Part shown: positions 18,447-27,200 of the stretch, piece by piece | Layout: the number at the start of each line of letters is the position of its first letter | How positions within the stretch are numbered: position 1 is the first letter of the stretch | Source of the DNA: a virus | Taxonomy: Duplodnaviria > Caudoviricetes | Virus record (IMG/VR): IMGVR_UViG_3300020373_000003 | Span: 1 to 60,307 of that record | DNA: 60,307 nucleotides | Reading direction: 5' to 3' (one strand) | The notes under the pieces: model-generated | What the model saw: only the letters and a program-made list of their open reading frames with translations | Databases searched by the model: none | Told to the model about the DNA's origin: nothing | Program-made: the position numbers and the translations under genes

Positions 18447-18703
18447 AAAACTATGTAGATATGATGAAAGAATTTAGACAGTTATCAGAAGCACCTCATT
18501 CAGATAATGTGGGCACACAATACGAAGTAATAGAAGATCAATCAAAATATGAATATGATGATAGTAGACGTCCTCGATTAACTCTTACACATTTAAATAA
18601 ATTAAAGAAAATGCGTAAGTTAAAAAAGCTAGATCTTGATAAAAGATACAAATTTTTTAAAGAAATTTACGGAATTCCACCAGCACCGCCTCCAACTATG
18701 TAA
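18443..18703 (+). CDS. Small head-module protein
   Basis: ATGA overlap with portal stop; RRPRLTLTHLNKLKKMR basic motif. Confidence 0.65.
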   Translation: MKNYVDMMKEFRQLSEAPHSDNVGTQYEVIEDQSKYEYDDSRRPRLTLTHLNKLKKMRKLKKLDLDKRYKFFKEIYGIPPAPPPTM

Positions 18704-18805
18704 TTTTTTTCCAAAAAAGGCAATTTTTAGACCTCTTTCTAATACATTTTCACCTCAAATTGTAAATACTATAGTTTCAAAGAACGCTTTCTTTAGGAGT
18801 AAAAT

Positions 18806-19684
18806 ATGACCACGAGAGAAAAACTTGAAAAGGTCCTCGAATTTATCATAAACGAGGAAAATGAAAAGGCCAGCGACCTCCTTCATGATGTATTTGTGGA
18901 AAAGGCTCGAGGCATTTACGAAGAGATTGCAACCGAAGACGAAGATCTTGAGGAAGCAACAGAAGAAGAAGTCGAGGAAGCAAAATCCGACGACGATAAA
19001 GAAGACAAAGAACAAGTAGACGAAGCAGACATTCAAGATCAATTTGCAGACGAAGTCGAAACCGACAGCGAACAAATTGACCAAGAAGAAGTAGCCGAAG
19101 AAGATCCAATGGCTGACGAATTACCTATGGATGATGAAATGGGTGATGAAGCAGGCGAAGATCCTGTAGAAGATGCTTTTATGAATGTTGAAGATGCTTT
19201 AGACGAACTTAAAGCTGAATTTGCTCAATTGATGGGTGATGAAGAGCCTATGGATGATGAAATGGGTGACGCACCAGTTGATGACATGAGCGACATGGTT
19301 GATGCAGAAGAAGAAGATGCATTAATGATGGGTGGCAACGATGAAGAGCCAGTAGAAGAAGAACTTGATTACGAACAAGTTGGTGAAGGTGCAGTAAATG
19401 TTCCAGATCCAAATATGAGCGAAACAGGTTTTGCAGCCGCTGGTGGATCTACCGGAGCAGTAGGTAGTAAATCCCCTGTAGCAGGTAAAAATGATATGGG
19501 CGGAAACGTTGTTAAAGTTAATGATGGCTCCGAAGGCGATCATGGTGACAATGCTGTTAAAGAAGATAACGCAGGGAACGTAAATGTACCAGGCGGAAAA
19601 GCCGGAAAAGCACAATCAAACGTAGCCGATCCAAAAAACAGTGAAGAAGCAAGTAATAAAAAATCACCAATAGATGGTTCGTAA
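18806..19684 (+). CDS. Acidic prohead core protein (gp67/gp68-like)
   Basis: Extremely Asp/Glu-rich, strong AGGAG SD, lies between portal and protease. Confidence 0.65.
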   Translation: MTTREKLEKVLEFIINEENEKASDLLHDVFVEKARGIYEEIATEDEDLEEATEEEVEEAKSDDDKEDKEQVDEADIQDQFADEVETDSEQIDQEEVAEEDPMADELPMDDEMGDEAGEDPVEDAFMNVEDALDELKAEFAQLMGDEEPMDDEMGDAPVDDMSDMVDAEEEDALMMGGNDEEPVEEELDYEQVGEGAVNVPDPNMSETGFAAAGGSTGAVGSKSPVAGKNDMGGNVVKVNDGSEGDHGDNAVKEDNAGNVNVPGGKAGKAQSNVADPKNSEEASNKKSPIDGS

Positions 19685-19695
19685 GGAAAAAATAA

Positions 19696-20325
19696 ATGGG
19701 CGTAACATTAGTAGAAAAATTAAGTTTTGATCAAGCTAATATACAAGTAGAATCCGTTGATGACAATGGAACAAAGAATCTCTTTATGAGAGGTGTCTTT
19801 ATTCAAGGTGATGTTAAAAATCAAAATCAACGGGTTTACCCAATTAACGAAATTAATAAAGCAGTAAAAACGCTAAAAGAAAAAATAACCTCAGGGTTTT
19901 CGGTATTAGGAGAAGCCGACCATCCAGAAGATCTAACAGTTAATTTAGATCGTGTTTCTCATGTAATAACAGAAATGGATATGCATGGAGCAGATGGAGT
20001 AGGAAAACTTAAAATTTTACCAACGCCTATGGGGAATCTAGTTAAAACACTATTAGAGAGTGGTGTTAAACTAGGAGTTAGTTCAAGGGGATCAGGAAAT
20101 GTCAGTGAAGGTGGAAAGGTCTCCGATTTTGAAATTGTGACAGTTGATATTGTCGCACAACCGAGTGCCCCTAACGCTTACCCGGATCCAATTTACGAGA
20201 AGCTGGAAAATTACAAAAAAGGCGGATCATTGTTGGAATTAGCTGAAGCGGTTAGGTATGATAAAAAGGCACAAAAGCACCTTACTAAAGGGATTACTAA
20301 TTTTATTAGTGATCTTAAATTTTAG
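19696..20325 (+). CDS. gp21: Prohead protease
   Basis: KNQNQRVYP, GEADHP, VSH, GVSSRGSG and DIVAQPSAPNAY motifs. Confidence 0.95.
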   Translation: MGVTLVEKLSFDQANIQVESVDDNGTKNLFMRGVFIQGDVKNQNQRVYPINEINKAVKTLKEKITSGFSVLGEADHPEDLTVNLDRVSHVITEMDMHGADGVGKLKILPTPMGNLVKTLLESGVKLGVSSRGSGNVSEGGKVSDFEIVTVDIVAQPSAPNAYPDPIYEKLENYKKGGSLLELAEAVRYDKKAQKHLTKGITNFISDLKF

Positions 20326-20336
20326 GAGAATTTAAT

Positions 20337-21473
20337 ATGGCAGACGCTTTTGAAGAACTATTAGGTGGAGACGTCCTGTCGGAAGATGTTAAAACTTCGT
20401 TAACAGAGGCTTGGGAAAAGAAATTAACCGAGGCTCGTGAGCAGATTACAAATGAAATCCGTGAAGAATTTGCTGGTCGTTACACAAACGATAAAGAGCA
20501 AATTGTTGAAGCAATGGATAACATGTTGACCGATGCTATTAAGCAAGAGGTTGAGGAATTTGCCCATGATAAAGGTGCATTAGTTGAAGCACGAGTTCAG
20601 TACAAACAAAAAATGCAAGAACACGCAGAAGTACTGGATAAGTTTTTAATGGATGCCCTGAAGAAGGAAATAACCGAACTCCGTGAGGATCGGAACACCC
20701 AAGGCACAAACTTCAAAAAACTAGAAGGTTTTGTCTTGAAACAGTTAACAAAAGAGTTGAATGAATTCCATACAGATAAACAATCTGTTGTAGAACAGAA
20801 GGTTAAACTGGTTAAGGAAGGAAAACAACTTTTACGTAATACAAAGGCTAATTTTGTCAAGAAGGCCGCCGAAAAAGTGGAGAGCATTGTTGAAAGCACG
20901 CTCAGAGGAGAAATTGGTTCCTTGAAAGAGGATATCAAATCAGCCCGAGAAAATGCTTTTGGAAGAAAAATGTTTGAAGCATTTGCGGCAGAATTTATGA
21001 CAAGTCACTTAGCTGAGGGGACAGAAGTTAAAAAACTGTCTCACAAACTTAAAGACATGGAAGGACAACTTGAAGAGGCGAATGTATCAATTTCGGCTAA
21101 ACAAGTAGAAATTTCAGAAGCACAAAAACAAGCTCGTATTGCAGAAGGTATGCAAGCACGAGATAAAGTTTTATCAGAATTGTTGACACCTCTTTCTAGA
21201 GATAAGAAAGAGATTATGGAAGATCTGTTATCAACAGTACAAACAGAAAATCTTAAAAAACAGTATGAAAAATACTTACCAACAGTTCTTAATGAAAATG
21301 TTAAAAAAGAAGCAAAAAGTACCGCTTCCAAAAAAACATTAAGAGAAAATGTACAGCCAAAAGCTAGAGCACAGAAAACTGTGATAACAGGTAATAAGCC
21401 AGTCCATGTATCCCCGGAAACGACGGATGCACAGGCTGAGATTATTAACCTTAGAAAACTAGCAGGATTATAA
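20337..21473 (+). CDS. gp22: Prohead scaffolding protein
   Basis: Coiled-coil Glu/Lys-rich protein with FGRKMFEAF, located between gp21 and the capsid gene. Confidence 0.8.
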   Translation: MADAFEELLGGDVLSEDVKTSLTEAWEKKLTEAREQITNEIREEFAGRYTNDKEQIVEAMDNMLTDAIKQEVEEFAHDKGALVEARVQYKQKMQEHAEVLDKFLMDALKKEITELREDRNTQGTNFKKLEGFVLKQLTKELNEFHTDKQSVVEQKVKLVKEGKQLLRNTKANFVKKAAEKVESIVESTLRGEIGSLKEDIKSARENAFGRKMFEAFAAEFMTSHLAEGTEVKKLSHKLKDMEGQLEEANVSISAKQVEISEAQKQARIAEGMQARDKVLSELLTPLSRDKKEIMEDLLSTVQTENLKKQYEKYLPTVLNENVKKEAKSTASKKTLRENVQPKARAQKTVITGNKPVHVSPETTDAQAEIINLRKLAGL

Positions 21474-21492
21474 TTTTTAAGGAGAATTAATT

Positions 21493-22662
21493 ATGGCAGA
21501 CGCACTATTCGAGTCCAACTGGCAACCGACTAAGGACGCTCTGTGCGAGGGACTAGAAGGCAACAAAAGAACAGTAATGGAAACCACATTAGAAAATACA
21601 CGTCAAGCACTGATGGAGACAGCAGGCGCAGGCGCAACTAATGCAGGTAACGTTGCTACTTTAAATAAAGTTATCCTTCCTGTTATCAGAAGGGTAATGC
21701 CTACTGTTATCGCAAACGAGCTAATTGGTGTACAACCAATGACCGGTCCTGTAGGACAAATTCATACTCTGCGTGTAAGATATGCAGATACAGATAACGG
21801 AGCAACCGCGGGTGAAGAAGCATTGAGCCCATTTAAGATTGCTAACGCTTATTCTGGATTACCAGGCGGAAGTGCCGCTCCTAGCGCCACAGGCGTTATG
21901 GAGGGGATTCCTGGTAATAAAATGTCAATCCAAATCTTGAAGCAAACAGTTGAAGCGAAAACTCGCAGACTGTCCGCTCGTTGGACCTTTGAAGCATCTC
22001 AGGATGCCCAAAGCCAGCATGGTATTGATGTTGAGGCCGAAGTAATGGCCGCTCTTGCACAAGAGATTACCACAGAAATCGATCAAGAGATTATCGGTTC
22101 TTTAACAACTTTATCAGGAACAGCAGTTGACACATATGACCAAGCCGCTGTTTCAGGTACAGCAACTTTTGTTGGTGACGAACACGCCGCATTAGCAGTT
22201 CTGGTAAACAGAGCCGCTAACATTATCGCCGCACGTACAAGACGTGGAGCAGGTAACTGGGTAGTTGTTAGTCCTTTTGCATTAACAATACTTCAAAGTG
22301 CAACAACTTCAGCGTTCGCAAGAACAACTGAAGGTACTTTTGAAGCACCAACTAACACAAAATTTGTTGGAACTTTAAATAGTTCAGTTCGTGTTTATGT
22401 AAATCAGTATGCCGCAGATAGCGCCGCAGTACTGGTTGGTTATAAGGGCCCAGGGGAAATGGATGCCGCAAGTTTTTATTGCCCATACATTCCGCTGATG
22501 AGCTCCGGGGTCGTGCTTGATCCAAGTTCATTCGAACCAGTCGTTTCATTTATGACACGTTATGGTTATGTTGAGCTTTCGAACCAAGCTTCATCCTTGG
22601 GTAACGCCGCTGACTACTTGGCAAATATTGCCGTTACTAACGCAAACGTTAAGTTTCAGTAA
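21493..22662 (+). CDS. gp23: Major capsid protein
   Basis: IGVQPMTGPVGQI, VEAKTRRLSARWT, EIDQEII, FYCPYIPL and FMTRYG motifs. Confidence 0.96.
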   Translation: MADALFESNWQPTKDALCEGLEGNKRTVMETTLENTRQALMETAGAGATNAGNVATLNKVILPVIRRVMPTVIANELIGVQPMTGPVGQIHTLRVRYADTDNGATAGEEALSPFKIANAYSGLPGGSAAPSATGVMEGIPGNKMSIQILKQTVEAKTRRLSARWTFEASQDAQSQHGIDVEAEVMAALAQEITTEIDQEIIGSLTTLSGTAVDTYDQAAVSGTATFVGDEHAALAVLVNRAANIIAARTRRGAGNWVVVSPFALTILQSATTSAFARTTEGTFEAPTNTKFVGTLNSSVRVYVNQYAADSAAVLVGYKGPGEMDAASFYCPYIPLMSSGVVLDPSSFEPVVSFMTRYGYVELSNQASSLGNAADYLANIAVTNANVKFQ

Positions 22663-22683
22663 ACCGTTACTTTATTGGTTACT

Positions 22684-22716
22684 AAAGGGTATATCTTCGG
22701 ATATACCCTTTTTTTA
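22684..22716 (+). terminator. Rho-independent terminator after major capsid gene
   Basis: AAAGGGTATATC-TTCG-GATATACCCTTT followed by T-run. Confidence 0.9.
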
Positions 22717-22831
22717 TCATACCATCATACCATTATATTATACTATTATATTATTGATAAATATTATTGCCCGAAAGGGTTTATGGGGTATACCCACCCC
22801 GTAGTTGGATAGAACCACAAAGGAGAAACAA

Positions 22832-23224
22832 ATGGGAAGACCTATTAATAAAAGACACTTCGGTACCCCTGATGACGGTCTCGATTTTAAATGTAGATAT
22901 CATTACGGAACATTATCCGATGGCTGGATTCTTAAACAAGTCGGATCAAAACGTTTTAAGTGTACAAATAAAGCCGGTAACGATTATATTTGTACCTTAG
23001 TAGACAAAGCACAAGGATCATTAGCACAAGGCGAAATGTCTATTAGTGTTAAAGATAGTGCAGATAGTAATGCTATTAAGCGAATAACAAAAATTACAGG
23101 TAGACGAGTTACATTATCAGGTGGAACCCAGATACCTTGGGATTTTACTGGTGCAGGCGCAACTGTAGAGATGGAAGAAGCTGGAACAGACGAAGACAAC
23201 GCTGGAACAGATAACTTCGAATAA
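22832..23224 (+). CDS. Putative virion structural protein
   Basis: ATG 22832 with AAGGAG SD (MGRPINKRHFG...); preceded by a late-promoter motif and followed by a terminator. Confidence 0.65.
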   Translation: MGRPINKRHFGTPDDGLDFKCRYHYGTLSDGWILKQVGSKRFKCTNKAGNDYICTLVDKAQGSLAQGEMSISVKDSADSNAIKRITKITGRRVTLSGGTQIPWDFTGAGATVEMEEAGTDEDNAGTDNFE

Positions 23225-23232
23225 TCAATTTT

Positions 23233-23261
23233 AAAATGGGGCATATTTTGCCCCATTTTTA
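23233..23261 (+). terminator. Rho-independent terminator
   Basis: AAAATGGGGCA-TATTT-TGCCCCATTTT-T inverted repeat. Confidence 0.8.
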
Positions 23262-23308
23262 TCCTCACTTCGAGGGATAAATATTATTAATGGAGTGCAG
23301 GATGAATA

Positions 23309-23731
23309 ATGGCTTTAAAAACTACCAGTTTAATTTCAGATGAATCAGTAACAGCATCAAATCTTAAAACTCAAAATGCGGCTACAGCAGGTGATGCAGT
23401 AGCAACAGATGGAGTAGGGAATTTAGTTTATAAAACATTACATGGTGCTCAACCAACTGTAACATATAAAAATGCAAATTTTTCAATTACCGCTGGCGAA
23501 AACGTCCAGGTTGATACACGATCTAATCCGGTTAGTATAACCTTACCAGCAAATCCTGATATAGGTGATGCGGTTAGAATATCTGATGGTGGCGGAAACT
23601 TTGCAAGTTTAAATGTTACAGTTTTAAGAAATGGTAATACAATTATGGATTTAGGAGACGATTTATTAGTAGATTACAATAATGCGTCTTTTGGATTATC
23701 TTATAATGGTACTACTTGGAGAATATTTTAA
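23309..23731 (+). CDS. Virion protein with T4 gp34-like N-terminal repeat module
   Basis: VDTRSNPVSITLPANPDIGDAVRISDGGGNF...YNGTTWRIF. Confidence 0.65.
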   Translation: MALKTTSLISDESVTASNLKTQNAATAGDAVATDGVGNLVYKTLHGAQPTVTYKNANFSITAGENVQVDTRSNPVSITLPANPDIGDAVRISDGGGNFASLNVTVLRNGNTIMDLGDDLLVDYNNASFGLSYNGTTWRIF

Positions 23732-24171
23732 TGGCAATTTATCTTTCTGATTATTTAAGTCCTTCCGCCGGCTCTGTGACAGGCGCCGGATCTGTTGATA
23801 CAATATCTGATGAATATGCTTATCATGCATTTGAAAGAGATGCTGATGGTCTTTTAACATATACTAAAGTAAAATTAAATGGAACAGAAGCTGTAGAACT
23901 TACAAATGATGGTGGTTTTGCATATAATGGTTTAGAAGATATGTTAGATGGTTCGTTGGATGATGGAGAAACGCAAGTTAATTCTCTTCCTGTAGGATAT
24001 ACAGAAACTGGAAGAAATCAATGGGACACAAACATAGGTTTTAGGAATCATGACCAATTTAGATTTGATAATTTAAAATTATTTTATTATTTAAATAGTG
24101 ACGGAAAGATAGTAGCAAGATATAAACAAGATTATGTATACGTATCAACTGGTGGGTCAACAGCAGTTTAA
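23731..24171 (+). CDS. Hypothetical virion protein
   Basis: TAATG overlap with the previous gene (MAIYLSDY...); structural operon context. Confidence 0.55.
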   Translation: MAIYLSDYLSPSAGSVTGAGSVDTISDEYAYHAFERDADGLLTYTKVKLNGTEAVELTNDGGFAYNGLEDMLDGSLDDGETQVNSLPVGYTETGRNQWDTNIGFRNHDQFRFDNLKLFYYLNSDGKIVARYKQDYVYVSTGGSTAV

Positions 24172-24231
24172 AGTATAATTTTAATGGAAATTATCGAATA
24201 AATATATTAAATCATATAAGGAATCACACTA

Positions 24232-27200
24232 ATGGCTGATTTTATTTTAGGACGATTAAAGTTTAAATGGAAAGGTGACTGGGTTACCTCCACACAATAT
24301 ATTATAGATGACATTGTTAAGTATGGAGGTAATACATATGTATGTATTATTAATCATACTGCAGATGCTTTATTTTATACAGACTTAGATAGTAATGCAT
24401 ACTGGTCGTTACATACTGAAAGTTTTGCATACGATTCAAGTAATACAGCATGGCAGGCAACTACAGCATATAAAAATAATGATGTAGTGCGTTGGGGAGC
24501 AAATTTATATCTTTGTAATACTCATCACACTTCAGGCAACGATTGGGCAACCAATTCTGCTAAATTTACTTTATTTGTTCCTGGTTTAGAATTTGAAGAT
24601 TCATATAATAATACCACACAATATCAATTAGGGGATGTTGTTACATATGGTGGTTATACTTATACAGCAAAACAAGATACTGTAGGTAATTTACCTACAC
24701 ATACTACATATTGGGATGTTTTAACAACAGGATTTAAAGTTAGAGGCGAATATAATGCAGGTACAGCATATAATCCAGGTAATGTTGTAACTCGAAATGG
24801 TTATGTTTATGTAGCAATAGTAGATACAACAGGTAACTCACCAACAATACAAGACACAGATCCTCAATCACAAACATATAACGAAACAATTACAAATGCA
24901 ACATATTGGGAATTAATAAACACTGGTTTTCAATTTAAAGGTGATTGGAATGGTGCTTCAACTTATTACTTAGGTGATGTAGCAAAAGAAGGTAATAGTT
25001 CTTATATTTGTGTAGATGAACATACAGGAGACGGAAGTTCATCTTCTCCAACAAAACCACCTTCTGCATATTGGGATACCCTTGCCGCTGGTGATACAAC
25101 TATTGTTATGAACACCCCAGGTGACATAATGATAAGAACTTCTACTAACCAAAAATTAAATGTAGGAGCAAAAGGTTGGAAATTACGAGCAGATGAAGGA
25201 CAAAACTTTCCTATACATTGGGATCCAGATGATGAATCATACACATGGTATGTTGATTATCATAAAGGTTCAGACGAAGAAAATCTTACTTATAGTCCAG
25301 GCGTAGTTTCAACAGGATCTATGTCAAGTGGTGAACAAACATTATGTACAAGAGACTTAGGTTATGTATTAGATGCCGCAAAGTATGATATGGCAGTAGG
25401 CACAAATTATATGCAACATATAGTTGGTGTTAGAATGAATTATGGTGTGAATGTAACAACTGCTGATAGGATAAGAGTATTAGGTGCAATTGAACATGCA
25501 AAATTAGCAACTGTTGCTATTAATAGTGTTTCGTCAAAAAGTGTAATATTAGCAGAAGTAACACAATCATTTGATGAAGTAACAGATATTATAAACAATG
25601 GTCTTCCTGCGGCAGATCCAATATCTTTTCCAGATTTTGGTGCTTCTTCTAATAAAATAAATGCAGTAGCACAAATGCAAGCAAATAAAAACTTTATAGC
25701 CGCAGAAGTTAATGCATGGATAGAAGATTATATTGGTGCAATGACACAAGCAGAACAAGATTTATGTACAAGAGATATAGAATATGTAATTAATGCCGCA
25801 AAATATGATATGGCTATGGCCACAAATTATATGTCGGTTATTACAGGTATTAGATTTAATCATGCATTATATGCTGTTTCTTCAGATAAAGTACGAGTTC
25901 AAGAGGCCGTAGATCATTCAGAAGCATCCATACAAGCATTAACTAATGTAACTGGTGGATCAGAAGCCGCAATAGTTGCCGCTTATGCAGAAATTAAAGA
26001 TATTATGGATAATGGTATTGGTAATGCCGATACACCAACTTTTCCAGATTTTAATACTGGTAGATCAGATTGGACAGATAGAAAAAATGGTGGAGCTCAA
26101 TTACAAGCAAATAAAGATTTTATAGCTGAGGATGTGAATAAATGGGTATCGGTTAATCATACATCTCACTTTAATACATATGATGAAGCAAAATGTACAA
26201 GAGACACAGGGTATCTTTTAGATGCAATAACATATGATTTAATGTATGGTGGCACAAGTGCAACAACTATAATGGCTAAAGCATTTTTTGATGGTGGAAT
26301 ATCACAATTAACAACTCCAACTGAAAGAAATGTAACTGTTCAAGCATATCAACATTTAGCATTAATTGCTGATGATGTTGTTCAAGAAACAGCGGTAACC
26401 CCTCAAACAGGAAATAATGAAGTACAAGATACAAGTGGTACAGCCGCAACACAAGCAGAAGGTACAATAGTTCAAAATTTAATGCAGATTATAGAAGATG
26501 CAATTTATGCTAATAGTGTTTCTGGTGTACCAGCGGCTATATATCCAGATGTTGCTACTTCAACTCACATAACTCCATTTACAGATATTGGAACTGATCA
26601 AACAACAATAATAGCGGCGGCGGTAGGCTCTGTTGCTAGTAGTGCTGGTTATGTTCATAATGCATCATTATGTACAAGAGACTCTAAATATTTTATAGAT
26701 GCATTAAGTTACGATTTATTATACGGAGGTGATTTTGGAACGCATGTCTGTGCATTTTCATTTTTTGATGGAGGAGCATCACAAATACCTGCAAATCATA
26801 GAGAAACTACAGGATTAGCATATAATTATATGGCAGATGTTCTCAAATATTGTATAGAAGAAGATACAACTTGGAATCCAGAACAATCTGTAATAACCCA
26901 AAATACTTCAGGACAAGCAGGAACAAGTGCAGAAAGCACAATAGTTGATACAAATTTACAAGTTATAGAAACTGCGGTAACCACTAATACTATACCGGCT
27001 ACTTCTATAACTTATCCTGCAATAACTAATGCATTAGTAGATAATACAACTGCATTTAATGATATAACATCAAGCCAAGGAACTATTATATCTAATGCAG
27101 TAGCGGCAGTAGCGGCAGGACAAATAACAGGTTCAGGAGTTGCTGATTATGCTGGTGGTACAACATATACAGCAGGTACTGTATGTAGATGGGCCCCACC

